From Actinomycetota bacterium (GTDB lineage: Bacteria; Actinomycetota; Thermoleophilia; BMS3ABIN01): a stretch of DNA of 64,000 bases. The stretch is taken from the NCBI GenBank assembly GCA_016235065.1, contig JACRMB010000010.1, positions 6,281-70,280 on the forward strand. The letters are read 5' to 3'. A program made the position numbers and the translations under genes. Shown here piece by piece: positions 1 through 9,163 of this stretch (the stretch's first letter is position 1; each line of letters opens with the position of its first letter). Under the pieces are notes generated by a model, which saw only the letters and a list, made by a program, of their open reading frames with translations, had not been told where the DNA came from and did not search any database.

Positions 1-915
1 GCCGGCGATCGGAGCGGTGTTGCCAACGTTATCGGCGACCGAGCCACCGATCACATGTGAACCAAGGGCGAGACCTGTCACAGGACAGCTGGCACCGTTT
101 GTCGTAACGGTGCAACCCGAAAGCGGGGTGCCGTCAAGTGAGACAACGACGGAAGACGTGTTCACGTTCGTTCCGCTGTCGTTGTAGCTCACGCTGATCG
201 TGGTCGAACCCGTATTGATCGTTCCCGAAGGAGTCACGCTCGTGACTACCGGAGGAGCAGTGTCAGGTGCCGGAGGGACCAGCCACCCGCTGGCCGAAGT
301 CCAGGGCCTATTGTCACGGCCGCCGGTGAAGACGTAAGCGGCGTCGCAGACACCGTCGACGTTGACGTCGTTACATCCCTCGGCGGGAGTGTCGAACTTC
401 TCCCAGTAGTTGCCGCTCACCGGGCTCGCCTGGTCGAAGACGTTACCCGAACCTCCCGATGCGTACGCCGGGATGTTCGCGACCGTCGTGTTGTTGTTGA
501 AGATCTTGCTGTTGTTCGAGAAGAGGACGTAGAACCCGTAATTGAAATTGCTGACGGTAAGGTTCTTGACGGTGACGTTGTTCCGGACGGAAAGTGACAC
601 ACCCGTTGTGAATCCGCCGGAGCCTGTTACCGAGTGACCGTTACCGTCGAGAGTGATCCCGTCGGCGGTTATCTCGATACCGTTTTTACCGGCCGCGTTG
701 ATGTCGGCGGTAAGGGTACAAGTCTTGGTGGAGGCGTTCCATGTACCTACAGTGGAACAGTCACCACCAGTCGCACTGGCGCTGATTACCTTAGCGGCAG
801 CCGCCTGCGCATCCTGAGTAAATGCGAGGTTGAGAAGGAGTACTGCTAGAACCAAAAAACCAAGAACAAGAAAACCTTTCGATGACGCACTGAGTCCATG
901 CTGTTTTGCCTTCAC
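1..915 (-). CDS. Secreted right-handed beta-helix repeat protein (NosD / pectate-lyase-like). N-terminal part only; the C-terminus lies beyond the window start.
   Basis: Manual translation of the minus strand from a GTG at 915, preceded by AGGAAAGGA. It gives MKAKQHGLSASSKGFLVLGFLVLAVLLLNLAFTQDAQA (signal peptide), then repeated G-x-x-I/V-T and NNxTVxNLTVSNF parallel beta-helix units. The ORF track missed it because the start is GTG. Confidence 0.55.
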   Translation of the reverse strand, partial: MKAKQHGLSASSKGFLVLGFLVLAVLLLNLAFTQDAQAAAAKVISASATGGDCSTVGTWNASTKTCTLTADINAAGKNGIEITADGITLDGNGHSVTGSGGFTTGVSLSVRNNVTVKNLTVSNFNYGFYVLFSNNSKIFNNNTTVANIPAYASGGSGNVFDQASPVSGNYWEKFDTPAEGCNDVNVDGVCDAAYVFTGGRDNRPWTSASGWLVPPAPDTAPPVVTSVTPSGTINTGSTTISVSYNDSGTNVNTSSVVVSLDGTPLSGCTVTTNGASCPVTGLALGSHVIGGSVADNVGNTAPIAG

Positions 916-1661
916 CCGTGTTCCTTTCCTATTTTAAATGCTGGGGGGGGGTATAAAAATGTTCTTGATTTTAGCGTGTCATTCTTTTTATGTAAATACT
1001 TTCACAAAGAGCATCTGCCTGGTTTCCTTCCAGTTCTGGCGGTATATAAGCGATTCAGAGGCATGGTCATCCATTACGGCCAACTGGCAGAGGGTCCCGG
1101 CTTTATTCTGTAACCATGTCGGCCCCCTTTTGCCCGGCTGCCCGCAAACCCGCTTATTTGCAGCAATTCATATATGTGCATCTCAGTCCCATCCACTCGC
1201 AGGTCAAGCCCTGTTCGTTTCAGAAAACGACTCTTTTGATGAATCAAGGCCTGGTTTTTACCGATTTCAGTGGCTTTTGCAGCCCTGGAAAAAATAGGGG
1301 AATTCCCCTAGAAGGATTTCTGCCGTTTTTAGCCCCCGGAGCCTCCAATCACCTGAAATTGGAGGCGGCAGCCAAATCGCCCCAAGCTGGGCTAGTTTGT
1401 CATGAAGGCATATACCTGTCGCTATCAGTGTTCTCTTCTGTCAACGGTGCTCTGGTATCGCTGAAGGCATTTTCCACCTTACGGCGGCGCTTCTTGGAGG
1501 TGCTGTTCTTGGGGTATTTCTGCGAGGAGTTCCAGCTTGTCACGCCGACACTATCTTGTTATATCTACCAGATCTGTCCACCAGAGGCGGCGGCTCCAGA
1601 ATCGTATGGCCTTTGCGCTACTCTCTGCCGCGACGGTCCGCGACTAAGTGCTGCTGTGTTG

Positions 1662-2033
1662 CTACCCGCCACCACTGCGGGCAGCTTCGATCGCAGCCTT
1701 GAGATCGCGCGGCAGAGGCTTATCGGAGACCACAAAATCATAGAGCTTATCAGCAAGCTCCGGAGAGCGGTAGAGCTCCCGCTGGAGTCCGCGCTGGCGG
1801 AACTCGAAGAAGTGTTCGGGCTTTACCCGCAACGATCGGGCAATCGCCCGGATCACTTGATCCGCGGGCACAGGCCTGGTGCCGCAGGCGAGATGGTTGA
1901 GGTATCCGGCTGAGAGCTTCGTGCGGGTCGCAAGTCTTCGGTAACTAATTTTTCGGAGTTCCATCAGCTGGCGCAAAGTCTCGGGAAAGGGTCTGATCGA
2001 ATTCGGGATATCCTTCGATGCGTCAGTAATCAT
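1662..2033 (-). CDS. XRE-family helix-turn-helix transcriptional regulator
   Basis: 123 aa with the HTH segment LRKISYRRLATRTKLSAGYLNHL. Its ATG overlaps the trpA stop (ATGA), and GAGGTG lies upstream. Confidence 0.7.
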   Translation of the reverse strand: MITDASKDIPNSIRPFPETLRQLMELRKISYRRLATRTKLSAGYLNHLACGTRPVPADQVIRAIARSLRVKPEHFFEFRQRGLQRELYRSPELADKLYDFVVSDKPLPRDLKAAIEAARSGGG

Positions 2034-2812
2034 TTAAGCACCTCATTGACCTCATTCAGAAAATTGGTAATAGCGCGGCCCGCGGTGTCAATGTCCGGCG
2101 CCTCGCTCACTATGTTGATAAGACGGCTGCCTATGATAACTCCGTCGGCGTATCTGGCAACCTCTGCGGCGTGCTCCGGAGTAGATACGCCGAAGCCGAT
2201 AGCAAGTGGCACGTCGGTCCGCGCGCGTACCCTGGCGATGAAACCAGGCAGCTGATCCGAGAGCGACGTGCGTGCTCCCGTAACACCTGCCACCGATACA
2301 CAATAGATAAACCCGGACGCCGCCTTCGCGATAAGCTCGATCCGCTCGTCGGGGCTGGTCGGCGCCACCAGGAGGATAGGATCGACTCCCCTCGCCCGGC
2401 AGGCATCGATAAAATCTGTGCCTTCGTCTACCGGCAGATCCGGGACTATCAGTCCGTCGACACCAGCGGCAGCGGCCGCTTCGATGAAGCGGTCCTGGCC
2501 GTAGGCGAAAACGCAATTGTAGTAGACCATGAGGACGACCGGTATCCGGGAGCTGAACTCAGAGGCCAGCTGCAGGACGTCATCGGGCGTGACGCCCTGT
2601 TCCAGCGCTTGCTGGGTCGACGCCTGCACGACCGGCCCGTCGGCCAGAGGGTCAGAGAATGGCACCCCCATCTCGATCATGTCGGCGCCGCCGGAGATAA
2701 AGGCTTCGAGCACATGGCGGCATTCGTGCATGGTCGGATAACCGCCTGTGGTATAGGGCATCAGCAACGCTTTTTTCCCGCTTCCGCGGAATATCTCTTC
2801 GAGCCGGCTCAT
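2030..2812 (-). CDS. trpA: Tryptophan synthase alpha subunit
   Basis: 260 aa with a typical TrpA N-terminus ([22 protein letters not shown]) and TIM-barrel pattern. ATGA overlap with the trpB stop. Confidence 0.95.
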   Translation of the reverse strand: MSRLEEIFRGSGKKALLMPYTTGGYPTMHECRHVLEAFISGGADMIEMGVPFSDPLADGPVVQASTQQALEQGVTPDDVLQLASEFSSRIPVVLMVYYNCVFAYGQDRFIEAAAAAGVDGLIVPDLPVDEGTDFIDACRARGVDPILLVAPTSPDERIELIAKAASGFIYCVSVAGVTGARTSLSDQLPGFIARVRARTDVPLAIGFGVSTPEHAAEVARYADGVIIGSRLINIVSEAPDIDTAGRAITNFLNEVNEVLK

Positions 2813-3987
2813 TCCATTATCCCCAGTGCCCGCGCCGCCTGGTGCACATCCTTGTCGCCGCGGCCGCTCAGATTGACGATCACCGCGTCATCCGCGCTGT
2901 AATCAGCCGCGTGCTTCGTGATCCAGGCAATCGCGTGGGAACTCTCCAGTGCCGGTATTATCCCCTCGGTTTCAGACAGCATAGTGAAGCAGGCCAGGGC
3001 CTCCGCGTCGGTGACAGAGTCGTAACGGACCCTGCCCTCGTCGTGCAGCCACGAGTGTTCCGGGCCCACTCCGGGGTAATCCAGGCCCGCCGAGATAGAG
3101 TGTGCTTCCAGGATCTGCCCATAAGCATCCTGAAGGATATAAGACATGGAACCGTGCAGGACTCCCCTATGGCCCCGTTCGATGGAAGCGCCGTGCTTGC
3201 CGCTGTCGAGTCCCTCCCCCGCCGCCTCGACTCCGACCATGGGCACATCGTCATCCAAAAATGCTGCAAACAGTCCCATTGCGTTGGAACCACCGCCGAC
3301 ACAGGCGATAAGCTCGGCCGGCAGCCTGCCCTCAGCCTCCAGGAACTGGGCGCGTGCCTCTCGGCCGATGACACTCTGGAAATCACGCACCAGCGCTGGA
3401 TACGGAGCCGGACCGGCCACCGAGCCGATGACATAATAAGTATTCTCCACGTTGGTGACCCAGTCGCGGATAGCCTCGTTCATGGCATCCTTGAGTGACT
3501 GGCTGCCGGAGCTGACCGGGATGACCTCTGCGCCCAGCAGCTTCATGCGCACAACGTTCAGCTCCTGCCTGGCGATATCCTTGATCCCCATGTAGATGGC
3601 GCAGGGGATGCCGAACAGCGCCGCAGCCGTGGCCGTCGCCACTCCGTGCTGGCCGGCTCCGGTCTCGGCGATGATCCGCTTCTTCCCCATCTCAGCCGCC
3701 AGCAGCAGCTGCCCTACAGTGTTGTTGATCTTGTGGGCGCCGGTATGGCAGAGGTCCTCACGCTTGAGATAGATGCGCGGGCCGCCCAGTTTTTCCGTCA
3801 GCCGCGACGCAAAATACAGCGGCGTCGGCCGCCCGACAAAGTCTTTTAGCAGCGATTCCAGTTCGGTCTTAAAGCCAGGATCGTCTTTGAGCCGCTCATA
3901 TGCGGCGGTTAGCTCGTCGAGAGCCGGAATCACCGTCTCGGGTACATAGCGGCCGCCGTAGGGGCCGAATCTGGCCTGTATGGTCAT
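2809..3987 (-). CDS. trpB: Tryptophan synthase beta subunit
   Basis: 392 aa. [11 protein letters not shown] and HTGAHKINN (PLP lysine motif) are present. ATGA overlap with trpF. Confidence 0.95.
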   Translation of the reverse strand: MTIQARFGPYGGRYVPETVIPALDELTAAYERLKDDPGFKTELESLLKDFVGRPTPLYFASRLTEKLGGPRIYLKREDLCHTGAHKINNTVGQLLLAAEMGKKRIIAETGAGQHGVATATAAALFGIPCAIYMGIKDIARQELNVVRMKLLGAEVIPVSSGSQSLKDAMNEAIRDWVTNVENTYYVIGSVAGPAPYPALVRDFQSVIGREARAQFLEAEGRLPAELIACVGGGSNAMGLFAAFLDDDVPMVGVEAAGEGLDSGKHGASIERGHRGVLHGSMSYILQDAYGQILEAHSISAGLDYPGVGPEHSWLHDEGRVRYDSVTDAEALACFTMLSETEGIIPALESSHAIAWITKHAADYSADDAVIVNLSGRGDKDVHQAARALGIME

Positions 3988-4628
3988 GTAACCTCTTTCC
4001 TGATTCTTTCAAACAGAAGCCGAAGCTGTCCGTGATCCTTGATTCCAGGAGCCGACTCGACCCCGCTGGATACATCGACGGCGAAAGGCGCCGCAGCCCG
4101 AACTGCATCCATGATGTTCAGGGGATTCAGGCCGCCGGCCAGAATCAGCCTCGCGCCCCGGAAGTCTTCGTCGAGCGCGGCGGGCAGGCTCCAGTCGAAT
4201 GTCTCTCCGCTGCCGCCCCGGCGCTCAGGATGATAAGTATCCAGCAGAATGTAATCGGTGTCAAACTGGACAACGCGCTCCAGCGACTCCGGACCCGATA
4301 CCGCCAGCGCCTTGATCACCAGCACGCCGGTGTGCTCCCGAACCTCGCGGCATTCCTCCGGGCTCTCGTCGCCGTGCAGCTGAACCGCCGTCAGCCCGCA
4401 GGCCTCCACCGCTCCGGCTATCACATCCGCCCTGGCGTTGACGAAGACACCAACGCGGTCTACGCCTGCAGGCGCCGACGCCAGCACTTCAGATGCCCGC
4501 GCGATACTCACCTGGCGCGGACTTTCCGGAGCGAAGATCACACCGAGCGCCCAGGCTCCCAGTTCCACAGCAAGCGCCGCGTCCTCAGACCGGGTGAGCC
4601 CACAGATCTTGACCTTCACATCCGCCAT
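3984..4628 (-). CDS. trpF: Phosphoribosylanthranilate isomerase
   Basis: [12 protein letters not shown] start, recomputed to the ATG at 4628 (the track's ORF extends to 4709). C-terminus GGLNPLN matches the TrpF family. Confidence 0.85.
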   Translation of the reverse strand: MADVKVKICGLTRSEDAALAVELGAWALGVIFAPESPRQVSIARASEVLASAPAGVDRVGVFVNARADVIAGAVEACGLTAVQLHGDESPEECREVREHTGVLVIKALAVSGPESLERVVQFDTDYILLDTYHPERRGGSGETFDWSLPAALDEDFRGARLILAGGLNPLNIMDAVRAAAPFAVDVSSGVESAPGIKDHGQLRLLFERIRKEVT

Positions 4629-4633
4629 TGCCC

Positions 4634-5614
4634 TTACCTGTACTTCCGCGTCTGGAAGATGATTATCATGACAACAGAAACCACCGCCATGAACATGAGG
4701 CTCCCCCACATCCAGACACGGCTGCCCACGGGCAGTTCGGCGAAGTTCATCCCCCAGAAACCGGTGATGAAGGTGAGTGGCATGAAGATGGTGGCAACCA
4801 GGGTCAGCCGCTTCATTATCTCATTGAGCCGGTTGGAGACCGCTGAAAGATGCACGTCCAGGGAACCGGTAAGGATATCCCGGTAGGAATCGAGCATGTC
4901 TGACAACCGGATCAGGTGGTCGTAGACGTCGCGCAGATAAGGCAGTGTCTCACTGGTCACCAGCGGGAAGTCCCGGGATGTCATCTCGTTGATCGCCTCG
5001 CGCAGCGGGCCGGCTTTCTTGCGGAAATGGATCAGCTCGCGCTTGAAGTCGAAGATGCGGTGCACCGTCGTCTCGTCCGCCTTGGGATCCACCACCGCGT
5101 CCTCAAGGGCATCGAGCTCGTCCTCGACCCCGTCCACGGTCTCTATGTATCCGTCTACCACCGTGTCCATCAGGTAGTAGGCCAGCATGTCCGAGCCGCA
5201 ACTCATGATCCGGGACCGGCTGTCGGCGTCCTTCCAGACCCTCTGGATCGCGCGCGAGTCACCGCGATGTACCGACACCAGGAAATTACGGCCGACAAAG
5301 AGGTCGATCTCTTCCCACTTTAGAGACAGGCTGCCACCGCTGACGTCAGCGGTTACCGCGTGCATCACCAGGAAGAAGTGGTCATCGTAAGGTTCGACCT
5401 TGGATCGCTGTCCGTCGTCCTTGGAGGCGTCCTCCAGGGCCAGCTCGTGGAAATTGAAGGGCGGTGCTCCCAGAAGGTCGCGGTCTTCCTGGGTCAGGGG
5501 ACCGGCCATGTCGAGCCAGACCAGCCCGTCTCCCCTGCCAGCAAACTCGACCGCCTCGGCAACAGATACGGTTTTGACGCCCGCTTCTTTTGAGCCGCAC
5601 ACCTTGGCCTGCAT
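4634..5614 (-). CDS. corA: CorA magnesium/cobalt transporter
   Basis: GMN signature (FWGMNF) and two C-terminal TM helices. The ATG at 5614 is preceded by AGGTGG. The track's longer ORF starts at a GTG at 5623. Confidence 0.85.
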   Translation of the reverse strand: MQAKVCGSKEAGVKTVSVAEAVEFAGRGDGLVWLDMAGPLTQEDRDLLGAPPFNFHELALEDASKDDGQRSKVEPYDDHFFLVMHAVTADVSGGSLSLKWEEIDLFVGRNFLVSVHRGDSRAIQRVWKDADSRSRIMSCGSDMLAYYLMDTVVDGYIETVDGVEDELDALEDAVVDPKADETTVHRIFDFKRELIHFRKKAGPLREAINEMTSRDFPLVTSETLPYLRDVYDHLIRLSDMLDSYRDILTGSLDVHLSAVSNRLNEIMKRLTLVATIFMPLTFITGFWGMNFAELPVGSRVWMWGSLMFMAVVSVVMIIIFQTRKYR

Positions 5615-5647
5615 GTCCGCCACCTGTCCGTCGGCTGGGGTTTACCG

Positions 5648-5678
5648 GAAACAAACAAGCCCGACTGACGCCGGGCTG
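5648..5678 (-). terminator. Intrinsic terminator downstream of the L,D-transpeptidase gene
   Basis: Hairpin agcccg-actgacg-ccgggct followed on the minus strand by a U-rich tract (tgtttgttt). Confidence 0.4.
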
Positions 5679-5769
5679 AAATAAGTCGAACTTCCTGATC
5701 TGTCCTTCCAGACACAATAGCCGCTACACCTGATTGCCACAACGGCCACCGCAACCTGCCTGCTGCCAG

Positions 5770-7371
5770 CTACTCGTGAATATGCAGCGGTGTCCCGATC
5801 GGGGTCCAGTCATAGACATGCTTGGCTGTATCTACGGGCAGACCGACACAGCCATGGCTGGAACGTTGCCCGAAGGCGGTCGCCCAGTAATTTCCATGCA
5901 TCGTATAATCACCCTTGAAAACCATGACCCAGGGAACCTTCGGGGCGAAATATCCCGGGCCCCTCATGTCAATCGCGGACATCTTGGCGTAAATCGTGTA
6001 GTCACCCAACGGAGTGTCGGTGCCGGAATTGCCGGTCGAGCATAGGAAAGACTCCACTGCCACGCCATTTTCGTAAAGCGTCACAACCTGTTCTGAGATA
6101 TCCACGTCGATGGACTTGGCGGGAGCCGTCGTGAAAGTTGCTGTGGAATCTGCTTCCAGGAAACCTCCGGAGACTCCGCGCAGCGCCTGCGGACCGCTCT
6201 TGATGCTGATGGTAACGTCCTGCAGATGGTCCCAGGCGTTGGTCGGCTTGAACTCCAGACGGTTGGGAGCCGGCCAGGAGAAAGTCCCGTCGACCTTTGG
6301 CTCGACCGTGACCAGGGTGCGGGCGAGATCCTGGTTGGAAACAGGCTCGCTGAAGATTATCGCCGGATTCGCCTCAGTGCTGGCGCCCGAGGTCCCATCG
6401 GTAGGCTCGAAGACGAGTTGAAGCGCCGGCGCGGTCTTGACCGCGGATGCCAGTGGCGCCTTGAGCTCCCTGCCGTTGCTCGAAGTCGCACCGGTTATCT
6501 TCAGCGGGAATTCCTTGCCCTGTTCGAACTTGGCCAGGGCGATATGGGCAACACGGCCGCCCTCTTCAAGCCGTGAAGTACTCTGGATGCCTTCGAGCGT
6601 GTAATCGAAATCGCTGATCGGGATGTTCCATTCGAGGGTCACTTCTTCACCATACTTGACCTTGAGCCCATCCTTGGGAATTATCGGCATCGGAGTGGTC
6701 ACTGTCGTGAAGGTGACAGTCTGTTCCACCGGCGCATCGGCTACTCCGGACATCCCGAACTCCTTGACCGTGCCGGTGATAGTGATCGTATATTCAGCGT
6801 CGGCGACAAGGGGATTGGAGCCATCCTCAAGAACAAACCGGCCGTCAGTCAGGTGACCGCTCAGCAGGCGTTCGTTCTCACGAGTGCCGTCGGGGGCGAT
6901 CCGTGCTTCCTTGACCGCGACCGTCGCAAGGCTGGCGCCCCATCGGCTGGTCGAGATCTCCAGGCCGCTGTCGTCAGGGATTATCTCAGAGGAACCATCG
7001 CCGGGACTCACAGAGATCCGCGGAGGCAGGACGACCACGAGCAGCAGTGTCGCCACGACTGCAAGCGCCGCGACTCCACCGGCGATGATGACCGCGAGTT
7101 TTATGCGTGACGCCAGCTTGCCAACCTGCGGCGCCGTCAATTCCTTGGTTGCTTCCCTGCCCAGCTTGACCGTCCCGTAGTCTGATTGAGATTGGCACTC
7201 TTCTTGTAACTCATATTTATCCCCAATAGCCGGCAGACTAACCTTAACCTGGGGATTCGCCTCCGTCCGATTCGATGCGGCGCAACCAGAACAGCGCCGA
7301 TTCGGGACGAATAGAGGGAGTATAGCAAAGAGTAGAAGTGTGTTTCCAGAGCAATTTCTCATATTTCTCAT
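5770..7371 (-). CDS. L,D-transpeptidase (YkuD) with N-terminal signal/TM and Ig-like repeat region
   Basis: C-terminal catalytic motif HGNYWATAFGQRSSHGCVGLP, and an N-terminal hydrophobic segment. AAGGGGG lies upstream. Confidence 0.8.
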   Translation of the reverse strand: MRNMRNCSGNTLLLFAILPLFVPNRRCSGCAASNRTEANPQVKVSLPAIGDKYELQEECQSQSDYGTVKLGREATKELTAPQVGKLASRIKLAVIIAGGVAALAVVATLLLVVVLPPRISVSPGDGSSEIIPDDSGLEISTSRWGASLATVAVKEARIAPDGTRENERLLSGHLTDGRFVLEDGSNPLVADAEYTITITGTVKEFGMSGVADAPVEQTVTFTTVTTPMPIIPKDGLKVKYGEEVTLEWNIPISDFDYTLEGIQSTSRLEEGGRVAHIALAKFEQGKEFPLKITGATSSNGRELKAPLASAVKTAPALQLVFEPTDGTSGASTEANPAIIFSEPVSNQDLARTLVTVEPKVDGTFSWPAPNRLEFKPTNAWDHLQDVTISIKSGPQALRGVSGGFLEADSTATFTTAPAKSIDVDISEQVVTLYENGVAVESFLCSTGNSGTDTPLGDYTIYAKMSAIDMRGPGYFAPKVPWVMVFKGDYTMHGNYWATAFGQRSSHGCVGLPVDTAKHVYDWTPIGTPLHIHE

Positions 7372-7449
7372 CCCCCTTGCTTATCTGCTATTTTGATTAA
7401 GCAATATCCTGGCCCGCCACGGGCCGGGAGACCCCGCGAAAAGATCCTG

Positions 7450-8487
7450 ATGCCAGTGAAACGAAAAGCCTTAGCCCTGCTCTCCGGCGGCCTCGACAGC
7501 CGCCTGGCGGTCAAGATGATGCTCGAACAGGGCATCGAGATAGAGGGACTCAACTTCGTGACCGTGTTCTGCACCTGCACCGCGAGGAGCAGCTGCAAAT
7601 CCGAAGCGAGGAAGGCCGCCGAGGAGTACGGCATCCCGCTCAAGGTCCTCAACGCCACCGACGAGATCCTCGAAGCCATCGGCAACCCCAAACACGGTTT
7701 CGGCCGCGGCCTCAACCCCTGCCTGGACTGCCGTATCAGCATGTTCCGCCGGGCCGGCAGGTACATGAAAGAGACCGGGGCTGATTTCCTGGTGACCGGT
7801 GAGGTCTGGGGTGAGCGGCCCATGTCCCAGAGGCCGGACGCGCTGGCGACCATCGAGAAGGAATCCGGCCTTGCCGGGCTTATCGTGCGCCCGCTGTCGG
7901 CTCACCTCTTCGAGCCCAGCATCCCCGAGCGCGAGGGCTGGATCGACCGGGAGAAAATGATGGCGATCAGCGGCCGTTCCCGCAAACCCCAGATGCAGCT
8001 GGCCCACGAGCTGGGCGTCAACGACTATCCCTGCCCTGCCGGCGGCTGTCTGCTCTGCGACAAGAATTTTGCGGCCCGCCTCAAGCACCTCCTCCAGGAA
8101 GATCCCAAGCCCGCGATCGCCGAGATCCAGGCTCTGAGACTCGGGCGGCTCATCTTTTCTTCCGGGGGGAAGCGGATCATGATCCCAAGGAACGAGGAAG
8201 AGACCCAGCGGCTCGTGGCGCTGGCCCGTCCCAGCGACCTGCTCATGAGCGCCGAAGATCACATGGGCCCCACCGCCGTCATCAAGGGCAGCGAGATCGA
8301 CGAGGCGACATTGCAGGAAGCGGCGGCGCTGACCGCCCGCTACGGGCAGGGACGCGACGAGGAGAAAGTGACCGTATCTTACTGGCCCGCCGGCCAGGAA
8401 GTGGACGGCGGTTCCCCGGATCGCCATGCCCTGACTGTCTCCCCCGCTGATGGCTGGCGGCTGGCGGACTCGCTCACCCGGGAATAG
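7450..8487 (+). CDS. PP-loop ATP pyrophosphatase, ThiI-like adenine-nucleotide alpha-hydrolase domain without a THUMP domain, with a C-terminal extension of about 150 aa. Probable sulfurtransferase.
   Basis: The SGGLDS PP-loop sits 10 residues after the MPVKRK start. NPCLDC and CPAGGCLLC cysteine motifs are present. ATG 7450 chosen over the TTG at 7393. Confidence 0.65.
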   Translation: MPVKRKALALLSGGLDSRLAVKMMLEQGIEIEGLNFVTVFCTCTARSSCKSEARKAAEEYGIPLKVLNATDEILEAIGNPKHGFGRGLNPCLDCRISMFRRAGRYMKETGADFLVTGEVWGERPMSQRPDALATIEKESGLAGLIVRPLSAHLFEPSIPEREGWIDREKMMAISGRSRKPQMQLAHELGVNDYPCPAGGCLLCDKNFAARLKHLLQEDPKPAIAEIQALRLGRLIFSSGGKRIMIPRNEEETQRLVALARPSDLLMSAEDHMGPTAVIKGSEIDEATLQEAAALTARYGQGRDEEKVTVSYWPAGQEVDGGSPDRHALTVSPADGWRLADSLTRE

Positions 8488-8628
8488 GGAACTGACGGGG
8501 CCGCGCTCCGGTCCAGCCTTCACATGCCTTCTTTCTTATGCCTGCCGTTCTACCTCGGGATGAATCCTTTCCCCATGCGAAACATCTAAGGTATTAAATA
8601 GCGCAATGAAGGGTCCAGTACGAGGAAC

Positions 8629-8684
8629 GATTGCACAGATAAAGTGCGAAGCTCCCGATTACACAGATAAAGTGCGAAGCTCCC
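8629..8684 (+). repeat. Tandem direct repeat, 2 x 28 bp, one mismatch
   Basis: gattgcacagataaagtgcgaagctccc followed by gattacacagataaagtgcgaagctccc, directly abutting the AGGAGG Shine-Dalgarno of the next ORF. Confidence 0.8.
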
Positions 8685-8696
8685 AGGAGGTAACAG

Positions 8697-9044
8697 ATGT
8701 CAGTGAATGACAAGGTTGAGATCCCGGTATTCGGGTCACGGTACCTGGACTCCTGCTCCGGCGGTTGAGGCCCCAGCTGGTCTCTGGAAGAGATCACGGA
8801 GCATATCAACAGGCAGCTTGACCAGGATTTTGGCGGGACCGCCCAAATCCGGTATGTGGATTTCGATTCGCCGGAACTCTCGGAATTCCCGGAAGTCTAT
8901 CAGCGGGTGGCTGTTGACCGCGACCTTGAACCCGGCACGATCCTGTTCAGGGGTGAACTGGTGCCGATATGGGATGTCCAGTACAACCGCCTGACCGAAG
9001 AGTTCGTGAAGATGGGCGCAGAGCCCGTCCGCAAGGCTTCGTAG
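8697..9044 (+). CDS. Candidate 115-aa protein with one in-frame TGA at 8766-8768. It is either a selenoprotein or an interrupted pseudogene.
   Basis: AGGAGG then a 6-nt spacer then ATG at 8697. MSVNDKVEIPVFGSRYLDSCSGG-TGA-GPSWSLEEITEHINRQLDQDFGGTAQIRYVDFDSPELSEFPEVYQRVAVDRDLEPGTILFRGELVPIWDVQYNRLTEEFVKMGAEPVRKAS-stop, in a single frame. A 6-bp stem-loop starts 11 nt after the TGA. Confidence 0.35.
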
Positions 9045-9163
9045 TACCTGCTCCAGCAGAATGAATAAAGGACGGCCATGGCGCCGTCCTTTTTTTGTCC
9101 GTTTCGAATGCATCCGCCGCCAGGCCAACAATCGGCCACCAGAGCGTCGCGCACCGGCCGCGG

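Noticed and set aside
1116-1913. 265-aa plus-strand ORF
   Set aside because: Its 3' part is antisense to the HTH regulator. Its 5' part lies in the lower-GC spacer. Implausible composition and no ribosome-binding site.
7471-8523. 350-aa minus-strand ORF
   Set aside because: Antisense to the PP-loop ATPase gene. Gly/Ala/Arg-rich with no recognizable motifs.
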